Below are positions 37,431 to 51,257 of a stretch of DNA of 64,000 bases, piece by piece. Under the pieces are notes generated by a model that saw nothing but the letters and a program-made list of their open reading frames with translations, was not told where the DNA came from and did not search any database. A program made the position numbers and the translations under genes. Position 1 is the stretch's first letter, and each line of letters starts with the position of its first letter. Source of the DNA: Macrostomum lignano (taxonomy: Eukaryota); assembly GCA_002269645.1 (NCBI GenBank), contig NIVC01000751.1:124001-188000 (forward strand), given 5' to 3'.

Positions 37431-38745
37431 AATGGATAAACAGTAGTGACCCTATGTAAAGTTAAATGATGTGTATGATCATGTGATGCTGCAATGGCAT
37501 TGGCCATTAAAAGATTCAGCTGACAGCTGCAGACATTTTTTCATCGCAGAAAGCATATAGATGATATAGACCTAGTCACTTAGTTAGATATTTTTACAAG
37601 TTTATAACGTAAGACTTTTTTAAATTTAAGTAGGCTGGCATAGGCGGCGTAGGTCTACAGGTCGTGGTCTAGGTCACTTGACGATGATCATGCAAGATGA
37701 TGTGAGAGCAACCATATGAATACAGTCAAGCAGAAAGAAAGGCATTGGGTGGGTTTCCCTGAGTCTGAATGACCCAGATGAGATGATATGAAAAAAACAA
37801 AAGCATCGTCGTTGCATTATTACTTACTTACTTACTTTCGAGTAGTTATAGGTCCGAGTGTCCTTTCGTTTCAATTCGAATCTTTTAGTTTTCTAAGAAC
37901 TTTGTGTACTTTAAACACAACAAGTGGTTCTATTATTCTTAAGATCGACAGAAAGTAATAAAGAAGGTTTTTTAAAACATTTACAGGCAGTTTGTACATT
38001 AAAACTGAAATATTCAATATATTTTTTCCTACATGCTAAAACGCAATATAGTACAGTAAACTCAAAACATGACTTTTTAAGAGGCCCCAGTTACCGTACT
38101 CGCCTTCTCTACGAAAGGCGGTGGCGGCCACTTCCCCTATTTTGTGGCTTCATTATCTGCACAGTGTACTAATTACCTCAACTTACCAAATATTTTTCCT
38201 CATTCCTCAGTATCCAATCGAACTTCTGGAGAGCAAATTTTAACTTGCAGTTAAACGAATATTAGTAAGGTTGAACTCAAATCAATTTAGTATTTAGTCA
38301 ATTCTAATTGAAATTATAGTCGCGATTGATTTTACCCTGTCTCTTATAAATGTATGTACTGCAAGTATTCGAAAGCTAACATCTCGTCAACTGCCAACTC
38401 GATTGTCACATAGCCATGCGCAGTACCCATTCGGCATTTCTATAATGTACTTGACAAGTTCAACTAAAAAAAATTAAGTTGCAATTGTTTGAAACATGCA
38501 TGGGAGTAGGAAGATATAGCAAAAAGTCTCTGTAAGAGATTTTAGTGGAACAGTGCTTAACCAGAAGCTTTTTTCTTGCAACTGTGTATGACTGTGTGTA
38601 ACTACGTACTTTGCATGATACAGTATGTACTCGTACATGTACATGTATATGGTACTGTAGGTCACATCGTCGACATTTTATTTAAATTGACGAGAAGACC
38701 GGCACCCCACGTACAGTAAATGAATAGTAGTGATGGTTCCATTTA

Positions 38746-39568
38746 CGAAAGGGGTGTTTCAATAGTAACGAGAATTTTGTTATAACTTTTGATCGGATGA
38801 ACGTACTGTATGAACCTGAAATTTTCACCCAACAATTTTACACATATGAGCAACTAATATGTAGCTTTATTTTAAGCCTTAGCTGCACGCAACTGTGTAA
38901 TCGTAAACGAAAGATCATGCCTCAAAATTTTAAATTACGATTTTTGTCTATGGCAAAAGTAACCAAGTTTGAACATGTTCATCAAGTCAAAAATCCGGCA
39001 AAATTTTTTATATTTCTTCAGCAATTTCAGTGAGCTCTACAAAGCTGCCATTCATCTGGATACCTTTCTCACAGCGATGCACCAGTTTTTTTAATTCCCT
39101 CCTCCCAAAAAACTCACGACATTTTCGGACCATCCAATAGTCTCAGTCGGAAAAAATTTGAGCCACTTTCACAGAACATTCTGTGCATGGCCACATCAGT
39201 CAGAAATTGCAAGTTTAACCAGGAATGCTGCAGCTCAAAACTGCAAGATTATTCCCAAGCAACTTTGCCCATAGAAAGCAGAAAGAGAGTGGGCCCTTAT
39301 GAGAAGTAGACAAATTTAACAGCAGAAGTATAAAAAGCCTTCAAATTTGAGTCTTTTTGCCATAGACAAAAATCGTAATTTTCAATCTCGAGGCGACTTT
39401 CATTTACGATTACACAGTTGCGTGCAGCTATATATTAAGGCTTAAAATATATAAAGCTGTTAGTTGTTCATTGTAAAACTGTTGGGTGAAAATTTCAGGT
39501 TCATACATTGTACGTTCATCCAATCAAAAGTTATAACAAAATTCTCGTTAGTTTTGAAACACCCCTTG
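38746..39568 (-). mobile_element. Non-autonomous mariner derivative with about 210-bp TIRs
   Basis: 38748-38959 is an imperfect inverted copy of 39353-39568; TA at both ends; internal minus-strand remnant WEEGIKK/LVHRCEKGIQMNGSFVE resembles a mariner transposase C-terminus. Confidence 0.8.
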
Positions 39569-39933
39569 TACCTATTTTTCAGTTTTTAAGCAAGGATCGG
39601 GATGCATGCACTTGTACATGTACAGGTATTTGAAATGCAAGCTCACATACTGTAATGTATAGTAGCTTGCAACTGTGACGTGTGGTTATAAAGAATACTA
39701 TGTATTAACACCACATATCTGATGGTTAGAATAAAGTCGTGTTGTGCAAACAAAGCTTGATTTGTGGATTTGATTTTGCGGATTAAGGTTAAAGAAAGTT
39801 TGTTCAAAAACAACATTCCTCAGGGCTTAAAAGAGAGGAAATGAAACAATGGCCATGACAATAAATACTGGGCGCCTCGATAAAATGATTTGTGTGTCAC
39901 AGTACTTGCAACAATCGCTGTTCTTCGTCAACT

Positions 39934-41359
39934 TCAGTCGCTGTCACTGTCCTCAGACGACGACGACAGCGACCAAGCAATAGCTGGCGGATGCGACGCA
40001 GCTGGCGAATGACGTAAGCCTATTGGTAACCCCATCATAGGATTGCCTGTTCCACCCTGACGTCCCTCATTTCCCAAAGTGACAGCCGCCAATAGCAGTC
40101 CGAATTGCATCACATTTCCAACAGTGCGAAGAATTTCCTCCTGATGACTTCTACGCTGCTGCTGAGCCATCATGCGAGATCGAAACTGGTCAGTTTCGGC
40201 TCTAACTCGCCTCTCAACTTCGAGTCTCTGCCGCTCTTGCCTCTCCGCCGCCTCCGCGGCTCTCCTTCGCTCCGCCTCTTTCGCTTTCTTGCGCTCCGCT
40301 TCCTCCGCCCTCCTCCGCTCGGCCTCCAACTCCAAGGAGGTGTACTTTCGGCCTCCATTGCTGGAGACCAGACTGTCAGCTTTGGACAGCAGAGCTTCAA
40401 TCTGCCTGTCCTGAACAGCTCTGTCGCACCTTCTGCCATTGTCCACCAGGGCGAACCGATTGCCGCATCTGGTGAGCAGCTGGTCCAGGTATGGGATCTT
40501 CTTCCTGTGTTTAAGGTGTTAAAAAGGTAATTAAGTAAAAGATTACTGGGCAGCTTCCCAGGGTCGACTTGCTTGCCCATACGGTTTTTCGACACCCTGC
40601 ACCGATGATACCGACATCAATCTGAGGTCTCTGCCATAAAAAACAGCTCGTGGTTATTACGGGGGCAAAATAAGATTTTTTGGCATATTACCCCTGCATT
40701 TTATGCTTATTTCAAATGCAATATTTGTCTTGACTGACTCTACTTATAGCGTCCTTGAGACGTTGCAGACGTGAGATTGAATTGTACAAGATGCTTGCTA
40801 ATCGGCCGAGACTTCCAAATAGTGCCAAATATGATTCTGAATGAGCCCACAGTTACATTGCACATATATATAGGACTCAACAGCACCTGATCTCCTGCAG
40901 CTCATTGCGAAACTCGGTCTCGTCGTTGTCAAACTCGTCTCCGTGGCTAAACACAACGATGGCGTGCTTGTAGAACTCATCACCGAACATCTCAGCGACC
41001 ACCTCGATGGCCCGTCTCTCCTCGGCCGTGAACCGAGCGTCGCACTTCAGCACCACCAGGAAGATGTCGAATCCCTCCGGACAGAAGCTGATGGCTCTCC
41101 GGATCTCTTCCTTCGCCTTCTCCTCGTCTGCGACGTCCATGGTTCCAGGGGTGTCGACCACAGTGAGGTCGCGACCTCTGGCGTGAGTTGAGATGCACTT
41201 GCAGTGCGCAGTGCCAGACAGCAGGCCGCGGCCCACCTGGAACTCCTTGGTGTTCAGCAAGGCGTTCGCCAAGGAGCTCTTTCCGCTTCCGGTCTTGCTG
41301 ACGAGAAGCATTGCGACTCGTTTTCCTGTTCTTTTGTTGCCATTAACGCTGAAGGCCAT
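39934..41359 (-). CDS. GIMAP/AIG1-family GTPase 1 (2 exons, 347 aa)
   Basis: Exons 41359-40887 and 40504-39934, phase-2 intron. LLVSKTGSGKSS P-loop, DTPG, RFTAEE conserved box, RCGNRFALVDN, Glu/Arg coiled coil, hydrophobic tail. Confidence 0.9.
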
Positions 41360-41744
41360 TTTAAAGCAGCAGAATGAATCCGATTGACTTCCTACGAATC
41401 TATTGATTGGAGATGTCTGTGTGCAGATGAAGCAGCACCGTTGTTAAGAATTATTGAAGTACAGCAGCAAAATGGTTTGGTTCCTTTTAAGCATGCCATT
41501 TCACCAGTGCAGCATTGTCTAACTGTCTAATAATAGCAGTGACGTTGAATAAGGAACCAAATATGTAATTTTGAACGTACATGGATCTACATCTTTAGGC
41601 ATAGGCCGATGCACAGATCAACCAAACAAGGAACTATACATGTCCGTAGCGTACTACTCGTGCAGATATGATATCTACGTGTGTATTAAAAGATATTCAT
41701 TATTATTGTTTTATTTTATTATTTTTTCAAACTTGTTTTTTTCT

Positions 41745-44700
41745 CAGGCGAATGGGCCCGTGACTTGGCTCTTAAAGTCGTGGATCGCACGGGTATAGGC
41801 CTCTCTATCAGATGGGTCTTTGGTTTTGAGCGCTCGTCTTTGGAGGGTCCTGGCTCGGCGCCGAAGAGCCCCGAGCTCTGGGTTCCACCAGGGAGCAGAT
41901 TTCTTGCCTTTATAGGCTTTTAGAGGGCAGGCTGCTTCAAAGGCAGTGGTGATCGCCCCGCCCAGGGAGGAGGCGAGATCATCCACCACCTGGCAGTCAG
42001 AGAGGTCATTGGGGGGGGGGGGTCAAGATCCCGAAGGCCGCGGTTCAGCTTCGAGCTGAAGGCGGCCCAATCGGTGTTCCTGACGTTCCGACTCCAAGTG
42101 ACCTTAGGCTTTTGCTTGGTCGGCCCAATGCAAAAGCGGATAAAGCGGTGGTCCGAGAGCGAGTCCTCGTCCCACACTCGCCAGCCCGTAACTGCGGAAA
42201 GCAGTCCGGGTGAGGCGATGGTGGTGTCGATGACTTCGGCCCACCGCCCATTATTGAACGTTGGTGCATTGCCCACGTTACAGAAATTGAAGTTTGTGCT
42301 GCTGACATAGGCCAGCAGCTCCTCGCCTCTGTTATTGGTGTTCCTGCTGCCCCAATGCAGGTGGTGTGCGTTCACATCCCCTGCAATGAGCAGCTCGAAC
42401 CGACGGGACGCGGCGTAGTCAATGAGGTTGACTCGTGCGTCGCAGACTACTGGGGCATCACCTGGAAAATGGGCAGATGCTACCAGCACAGGTTTATTGG
42501 GTATGAGGTTATTGATTTGAACAACACAGACGTCCCCAGTCGAGAGATCAGGTCTCATCCATGCCTCTAAAGCTTTTGCAGCAAAGACCAGAGATCTTGG
42601 GCGAGGCTGAGAGCCCGCCATGCAAAAACAGTGGTAGCCAGATGTCACATTATTTGGCTTGCCTTTAGTCATCCAGGGCTCCTGCACGAATACCAGGCCC
42701 GGAAGCTGTTGCTCTGTCGTGCGCATCAGGTTGACTGACGCCGCCACGCAGTTCTGGGTGTTGATCTGCAGACACCAGGTAGCCGCTGGCATCAGTGCAG
42801 ATCGGGTGTTGCAGTCGCCAGGAGTTCCTCCTCCTCCTCGGCGCTCACCAGCTTCGGATCGGGGTCGCCGGTATCCATGGGCTCTTCTTCAGCAAAAAGC
42901 CCCCGATTGGTCGGAAGGCAATAGGCAGCGTTCGCCGCCCTTCGCCCACCGGCCACGGGGTCCTCCGCTTCAGACTGGTCCAATGCCCTGGAGCAGCCAG
43001 CCGCCTGGGCAGGCGGGTCCGTCTCCAGTCGGCCCTGCCCGAGGGGTTGGGCCCAGCTGGGACGTCCCCACCCTCCCTGGACGAGCTGGTGCGCCTAGGC
43101 GTCCCGGCGACCTCTCGCCTCAGCTGGGTGATTTTGGCGGTACGGACTGTCTCAGCTGCACGCTGGTACAGGCCGCGCCGCTTGGTGCTGCGCGCCGGGC
43201 GTCGGTCGCCTCCGCCCTCAGCAGCGCGCTCAGCTTTGCCCGCGCGGCCGTGCTGCCGGGCGGGGCGGTTTGCTTTGGCAGCCCTGGCAGAAGCTCGCGC
43301 CTCGGCCCCGGCCGCCTCCGCATCCCGCCCGCCCTGCTCACTGCCGCGGGGAGGGTCGGCCTCGTAGGAGCGGATGCGCAGCTTCCAAAGGCCGACGTTG
43401 ATGAAGCTTCCGTGTGGATAACGTCTCATCCAGGCGTCCGAAAGCCCCAGGATGGCTGTGAAGCCAGTGCCGTCGGTGCGTTTAAGGGTGTCATGCACCA
43501 CTAGGCCCGCGGCAGGAAGCTCTCGGTTGACTGCTAGCAGTCCTTTCCGGAGCTCGTCAGCAGAGGTAACGACGCTCCTGGCCGGAACCCAGATTCGGTG
43601 CCTCTTGGTCCGGGGGCGTTCGTCCTCCCTGCAGAAGGCTGGGTTGAGGTCTCAGCTCTGCTCAGGCAGCAGTTCAAGGAGCCGCCGACCCGAGTCAGCA
43701 TCACTGGGCCAAATAAGAAGGCACGAGTCCCTCGTCGCATTCGAATGAATGTTTAGAGGCGTGCCCTTCAGAGTTTGCTTCCACAGGAGGCCATCAACGG
43801 CGCTTCTCACCTGCTTCAGCTGGTCGGGGGACAGGGCGCGCGTCCTTCCCCAGAATGACAACCGCCGGTTGCCTCTTTGCCGCATCAGCGTAGGCTGTCA
43901 ACCGACTCCCGGGGGTCAGTGGAGCCTTCTTCAGGTGGGCTGTCCACCCTCCCGGCTGCATCGGCCTCCCTATCCTGGGCAGGGGCTTCCGTGGGCTCGA
44001 GGCCCTCTTCCGCCACCGCCTCAGATTGGGAAGCTTCCGCTGCCGCGGGCCGTTGGCCCCTGGCGCCGGTTAGGCTTCCACCCTCCTTGGCCCGCCTCGC
44101 CTTGTTAAGTCGACGGCGGGCAGCTCCAGAGGTGGTGCTCAGCTGCTTGGCAGCTGGAGTAGCAGGTGTCTTCTCGGAGGCACCGCTCAGAGTTGGCTCC
44201 ACGGGTCTCGCCGAGGCGTCCCCGATGGTAGCAGGTGGTATGGCCGTAGAGTCCACGGCCCCAGCCGAGGCCGGAGGCACTGTTTCATCCACAGCCGGCA
44301 GGTTACTTCGGCTAGAAGCCATTGGCTGGAAGTAAAAAATGGGACTTCCTGCAGAACACAGGCAAAGAGCCGCAAGGCTGCAACCCCAAACCAAGCGGCA
44401 GGCCCCCAAAAAGCAAAATACCACCCTGCGGGGGGACCCAAAAGCGCAAGGGGAACTGTTAGCGACCAGACTACTCCCTGGCCAAGCGTCCATCAGCACG
44501 GAGTTACACTGGGACATTAGAGGGTGCGTTTATATGGTCACACCAGGACCCGGCGCCAACGAATCAGCTCGGCAGGGCCCAAAGGGGCCTGCCTTAACAC
44601 CCACGGGACGAGTACCCTTCGAAGTGCGCCTTGCAAGGTGAAAATCAGGAGACAGAGTCTCTGGAGCTATCAGCCCGCCAGGGAAGGCAGGTGGGAGCAT

Positions 44701-44800
44701 CGCTGGCTGGGATAAAGGCCATACCAGTCTCATACTGCACAGATAGTTCACCACGCCATTGCGTGCAGGACCCGGGGTCCTGGGGGCAAACAGCCCCGAC
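41745..44800 (-). mobile_element. Non-LTR retrotransposon (R1/LOA-like), 5' end intact, 3'-truncated before RT
   Basis: ORF1 starts at 44322 and is frameshifted. ORF2 starts at 42792 with APE endonuclease motifs CLQINTQN, FVQEPW, AGDVNAHH.HWGSRNTNNRGEELL, PTF, IDTT, SDHRFI; frameshift at a G-run near 42010-42022; ends near 41750 beside an A-rich tract. Confidence 0.9.
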
Positions 44801-45016
44801 GATTCTTCACCCCATCTGATCCTTCACCCCATCTGATCCTTCACCCCATCTGATCCTTCACCCCATCTGATCCTTCACCCCATCTGATCCTTCACCCCAT
44901 CTGATCCTTCACCCCATCTGATCCTTCACCCCATCTGATCCTTCACCCTATCTGATCCTTCACCCCATCTGATCCTTCACCCTACCTGATCCTTCACCCC
45001 ACCTGATCCTTCACCC
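44801..45016. repeat. 17-bp satellite CTGATCCTTCACCCCAT, array 1
   Basis: About 12-13 units, directly abutting LINE copy 1. Confidence 0.95.
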
Positions 45017-45507
45017 TTGAAGAATCACATTGGGTCTATATTCTGGTGGTGTGATTTTCATGCTGATACATACAATAAATGCGTGATCAAGAACTTCTAG
45101 ACTGCATGCACTGGACTAGACTGGACTTCTAGTAGAAGTCCTTGGGCGTGACTGCACGCACTTTATACTCTATTAAAGTAACCCCTTCCCGAGATTCCAG
45201 ACCCAGCAAATGCATTCGCGTTGTCATAATTAATACAATGCCATTGTCTTGTTCACTCGGTAAAAAACAGTCTATTTCAAATTAACAAAACACAATAAAG
45301 GTTCGAAGGGACCGCCTGCTGCTGCTAAAATTATGCATGACGGGACTGGCGCTTCTAAAAATAGGAGTTGCGACCGTTTAACTAGGAACTAAATTGTTTT
45401 TTCTTTTTAAATAAATCAGGAGTAATTAGGCGCAGAGCCAAAATTAATGCGAAGTTTCAGTAGGTTTATTTGCAACATCATTCTGCAGCTGCATTTTTTT
45501 AGAAAAA

Positions 45508-46065
45508 ATGGACAGCAAAGAAGCTCTAAAAACAGCATTGCTCAGGCTGTTCAGCGAGGCCACAAGCGGAAAGAGCTCCTTGGAGTTCGACGAGGGCCGC
45601 GGAATGCTCTCCAGCACAGCAAGCTGCAAGCGCATCTTAACTCACGCCAGAGGCCCCTATCTCACTTTGGCCGACACTCACGTGGACGGCGCTAACGAGA
45701 GGAACGCCGAGACAGGGACTTCGAGAGAATTTAGCATGATGAACTTCTTTCCGATGCTGAAGTCCCCAAGAAGAATGTTTGCTTCGCCAGTTTTTACCGC
45801 TTCGGTGTTCGACATCTGCTCTTTGGACTGTTTTAAGCGTAGGCCTATTATCAGAGAAAGAAACTACACCGCTAGCGAGCTGCAATCGGACATGCAGAAA
45901 GCAGACAAGGCGTGGAAGGAGCAGAAAAAGGCAACAGTTTCGGCGATGGAACAAGCCAAGCGGAAGAAGGCCGCAGACTGGCGCAGAGGAAGCCGGGAGC
46001 CGAAGGTCGGCCGAAATCAGCGGGTGCGACTGCACCGGGTGCAGCAACCGCGGAGGTCCAACTAA
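45508..46065 (+). pseudogene. GIMAP-derived intronless ORF, cassette 1 (185 aa, degenerate P-loop)
   Basis: Remnants SGKSSL, GRGMLSSTASCKRI and ARG..LTLADT align to exon 1 of the intact GIMAPs; ERNYTASEL resembles GRKYTSLEL in exon 2. Confidence 0.75.
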
Positions 46066-46434
46066 GACACCTGCTGGACTGGCCGACTGATTAAGCATCA
46101 CATTGCAATAATCGAAACATTGAAAACTCTCAAATTTGGCCTGTAGTTTTTTAATGTAATCCTTCTACATGCACTTATAGAAACCACTAGAAAGCTCGTA
46201 CTTGTACTACAGTTCCTTTTTTCTGGATTAAGGATCTAAATTCCTCTAAACCACAAGCAAAATTGCACGCTATAGTGATTTTGAATTTCGGTCATAAGTA
46301 CATTGTTTATATCATTGAAGCTGGAACACTTGGAAATAAAATTTTTGGAACTTCACTGGTTCATTGAATGATTGATGATTGAAATCACACTTGTGTTACA
46401 TGCGCATCTGAAAAAAGCTCTGCCAAATTTGTTT

Positions 46435-48159
46435 GATCTTCACCCCGTCTGATCCGTCACCCCATCTGATCCATCACCCCACCTGATTCCTCACCCCATC
46501 TGATTCCTCACCCCATCTGATCCGTCACCCCATCTGATCCGTCACCCCGTCTGATCCCTCACCCAATCATCTAATCCTTCACCCCATCTGACCCTTCACC
46601 CCATATGATCCTTCACCCCATCAGATCCTTCACCCCATCTGATCCTTCACCCCATTTGATCCTTCACCCCATTCGATCCTTCACCCCATCTGATCCTTCA
46701 CCCCATTTGATCCTTCACCCCATTTGATCCTTCACCCCATCTGATCCTTCACTCCATTTGATCCTTCACCCCATCTGATCCTTCACCCCATCTGATCCTA
46801 AAAACCTACCTGATCCTTCACCCCATCTGATCCTTCACCCCATCTGATCCTTCACCCCATCTGATCCTTCACCCCATCTGATCCTTCACCCCATTTGATC
46901 CTTCACCCCATTTGATCCTTCACCCCATCTGATCCTTCACCCCATCTGATCCTTCACCCCATCTGATCCTTCACCCCATCTGATCCTTCACCCCATCTGA
47001 TCCTTCACCCCATCTGATCCTTCACCCCATTTGATCCTTCACCCCATTCGATCCTTCACCCCATCTGATCCTTCACCCCATCTGATTCTTCACCCCATCA
47101 GATCCTTCACCCCATCTGATCCTTCACTCCATTTGATCCTTCACCCCATTCGATCCTTCACCCCATCTGATCCTTCACCCCATTTGATCCTTCACCCCAT
47201 CTGATCCTTCACCCCATCTGATCCTTCACCCCATCTGATCCTAAAAACCTACCTGATCCTTCACCCCATCTGATCCTTCACCCCATCTGATCCTTCACCC
47301 CATTTGATCCTTCACCCCATTTGATCCTTCACCCCATCTGATCCTTCACCCCATCTGATCCTTCACCCCATCTGATCCTTCACCCCATCTGATCCTTCAC
47401 CCCATCTGATCCTTCACCCCATCTGATTCTTCACCCCATCTGATCCTTCACTCCATTTGATCCTTCACCCCATCTGATCCTTCACTCCATTTGATCCTTC
47501 ACCCCATCTGATCCTTCACTCCATTTGATCCTTCACCCCATCTGATCCTTCACTCCATTTGATCCTTCACCCCATCTGATCCTTCACCCCATTTGATCCT
47601 TCACCCCATCTGATCCTTCACCCCATCTGATTCTTCACCCCATCTGATCCTTCACTCCATTTGATCCTTCACCCCATCTGATCCTTCACTCCATTTGATC
47701 CTTCACCCCATCTGATCCTTCACTCCATTTGATCCTTCACCCCATCTGATCCTTCACCCCATCTGATTCTTCACCCCATCTGATCCTTCACTCCATTTGA
47801 TCCTTCACCCCATCTGATCCTTCACTCCATTTGATCCTTCACCCCATCTGATCCTTCACTCCATTTGATCCTTCACCCCATCTGATCCTTCACTCCATTT
47901 GATCCTTCACCCCATCTGATCCTTCACTCCATTTGATCCTTCACCCCATCTGATCCTTCACCCCATTTGATCCTTCACCCCATCTGATCCTTCACTCCAT
48001 TTGATCCTTCACCCCATCTGATCCTTCACTCCATTTGATCCTTCACCCCATCTGATCCTTCACTCCATTTGATCCTTCACCCCATCTGATCCTTCACTCC
48101 ATTTGATCCTTCACCCCATCTGATCCTTCACCTCATCTGATCCTTCACCCCATCTGATC
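46435..48159. repeat. 17-bp satellite, array 2
   Basis: About 100 units, with 34-bp dimer variants. Confidence 0.95.
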
Positions 48160-48590
48160 ATTGAAGAATCACATTCGGTCCAGTTTTTGATGGTCTGATT
48201 TGGATGTTGATACATATGTACATTTAATTCGTGACTGCACGCACTTTATACTCTATTAAAGTAACCCCTTCCCGAGATTCCAGACCCAGCAAATGCATTC
48301 GCGTTGTCATAATTAATACAATGCCATTGTCTTGTTCACTCGGTAAAAAACAGTCTATTTCAAATTAACAAAACACAATAAAGGTTCGAAGGGACCGCCT
48401 GCTGCTGCTAAAATTATGCATGACGGGACTGGCGCTTCTAAAAATAGGAGTTGCGACCGTTTAACTAGGAACTAAATTGTTTTTTCTTTTTAAATAAATC
48501 AGGAGTAATTAGGCGCAGAGCCAAAATTAATGCGAAGTTTCAGTAGGTTTATTTGCAACATCATTCTGCAGCTGCATTTTTTTAGAAAAA

Positions 48591-49148
48591 ATGGACAGCA
48601 AAGAAGCTCTAAAAACAGCATTGCTCAGGCTGTTCAGCGAGGCCACAAGCGGAAAGAGCTCCTTGGAGTTCGACGAGGGCCGCGGAATGCTCTCCAGCAC
48701 AGCAAGCTGCAAGCGCATCTTAACTCACGCCAGAGGCCCCTATCTCACTTTGGCCGACACTCACGTGGACGGCGCTAACGAGAGGAACGCCGAGACAGGG
48801 ACTTCGAGAGAATTTAGCATGATGAACTTCTTTCCGATGCTGAAGTCCCCAAGAAGAATGTTTGCTTCGCCAGTTTTTACCGCTTCGGTGTTCGACATCT
48901 GCTCTTTGGACTGTTTTAAGCGTAGGCCTATTATCAGAGAAAGAAACTACACCGCTAGCGAGCTGCAATCGAACATGCAGAAAGCAGACAAGGCGTGGAA
49001 GGAGCAGAAAAAGGCAACAGTTTCGGCGATGGAACAAGCCAAGCGGAAGAAGGCCGCAGACTGGCGCAGAGGAAGTCGGGAGCCGAAGGTCGGCCGAAAC
49101 CAGCGAGTGCGAGTGCACCGGGTGCAGCAACCGCGGAGGTCCAACTAA
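48591..49148 (+). pseudogene. GIMAP-derived intronless ORF, cassette 2
   Basis: Near-identical to 45508-46065, offset 3083 bp. Confidence 0.75.
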
Positions 49149-49515
49149 GACACCTGCTGAACTGGCCGCCTGATTAAGCATCACATTGCAATAATCGAAA
49201 CATTGAAAACTCAAATTTGGCCTGTAGTTTTTTAATGTAATCCTTCTACATGCACTTATAGAAACCACTAGAAAGCTCGTACTTGTACTACAGTTCCTTT
49301 TTTCTGGATTAAGGATCTAAATTCCTCTAAACCACAAGCAAAATTGCACGCTATAGTGATTTTGAATTTCGGTCATAAGTACATTGTTTATATCATTGAA
49401 GCTGGAACACTTGGAAATAAAATTTTTGGAACTTCACTGGTTCATTGAATGATTGATGATTGAAATCACACTTGTGTTACATGCGCATCTGAAAAAAGCT
49501 CTGCCAAATTTGTTT

Positions 49516-50268
49516 GATCTTCACCCCGTCTGATCCGTCACCCCATCTGATCCATCACCCCACCTGATTCCTCACCCCATCTGATTCCTCACCCCATCTG
49601 ATCCGTCACCCCATCTGATCCGTCACCCCATCTGATCCTTCACCCCATCTGATCCTTCACCCCCATCTGATCCTTCACCCCATCTGATCCCTCACCCCCA
49701 TCTGATCCTTCACCCCATCTGATCCTTCACCCCCATCTGATCCTTCACCCCATCTGATCTTTCACCCCATCTATCCTTCACCCCATCTGATCCTTCACCC
49801 CATCTGATCCTTCACCCCATCTGATCCTTCACCCCATCTGATCCTTCACCCCATCTGATCCTTCACCCCATCTGATTCTTCACCCCATCTGATCCTTCAC
49901 TCCATTTGATCCTTCACCCCATCTGATCCTTCACTCCATTTGATCCTTCACCCCATCTGATCCTTCACTCCATTTGATCCTTCACCCCATCTGATCCTTC
50001 ACTCCATTTGATCCTTCACCCCATCTGATCCTTCACTCCATTTGATCCTTCACCCCATCTGATCCTTCACCCCATCTGATCCTTCACCCCATCTGATCCT
50101 TCACTCCATTTGATCCTTCACCCCATCTGATCCTTCACTCCATTTGATCCTTCACCCTATCTGATCCTTCACTCCATTTGATCCTTCACCCCATCTGATC
50201 CTTCACTCCATTTGATCCTTCACCCCATCTGATCCTTCACCTCATCTGATCCTTCACCCCATCTGATC
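49516..50268. repeat. 17-bp satellite, array 3
   Basis: About 44 units. Confidence 0.95.
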
Positions 50269-50699
50269 ATTGAAGAATCACATTCGGTCCAGTTTTTGAT
50301 GGTCTGATTTGGATGTTGATACATATGTACATTTAATTCGTATCTGCACGCACTTTATACTCTATTAAAGTAACCCCTTCCCGAGATTCCAGACCCAGCA
50401 AATGCATTCGCGTTGTCATAATTAATACAATGCCATTGTCTTGTTCACTCGGTAAAAAACAGTCTATTTCAAATTAACAAAACACAATAAAGGTTCGAAG
50501 GGACCGCCTGCTGCTGCTAAAATTATGCATGACGGGACTGGCGCTTCTAAAAATAGGAGTTGCGACCGTTTAACTAGGAACTAAATTGTTTTTTCTTTTT
50601 AAATAAATCAGGAGTAATTAGGCGCAGAGCCAAAATTAATGCGAAGTTTCAGTAGGTTTATTTGCAACATCATTCTGCAGCTGCATTTTTTTAGAAAAA

Positions 50700-51257
50700 A
50701 TGGACAGCAAAGAAGCTCTAAAAACAGCATTGCTCAGGCTGTTCAGCGAGGCCACAAGCGGAAAGAGCTCCTTGGAGTTCGACGAGGGCCGCGGAATGCT
50801 CTCCAGCACAGCAAGCTGCAAGCGCATCTTAACTCACGCCAGAGGCCCCTATCTCACTTTGGCCGACACTCACGTGGACGGCGCTAACGAGAGGAACGCC
50901 GAGACAGGGACTTCGAGAGAATTTAGCATGATGAACTTCTTTCCGATGCTGAAGTCCCCAAGAAGAATGTTTGCTTCGCCAGTTTTTACCGCTTCGGTGT
51001 TCGACATCTGCTCTTTGGACTGTTTTAAGCGTAGGCCTATTATCAGAGAAAGAAACTACACCGCTAGCGAGCTGCAATCGGACATGCAGAAAGCAGACAA
51101 GGCGTGGAAGGAGCAGAAAAAGGCAACAGTTTCGGCGATGGAACAAGCCAAGCGGAAGAAGGCCGCAGACTGGCGCAGAGGAAGCCGGGAGCCGAAGGTC
51201 GGCCGAAACCAGCGAGTGCGAGTGCACCGGGTGCAGCAACCGCGGAGGTCCAACTAA
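50700..51257 (+). pseudogene. GIMAP-derived intronless ORF, cassette 3
   Basis: Near-identical to cassette 2, offset 2109 bp. Confidence 0.75.

Noticed and set aside
42659-44819. Plus-strand ORFs over the LINE
   Set aside because: Antisense shadows of GC-rich ORF1/ORF2 with no motifs of their own.
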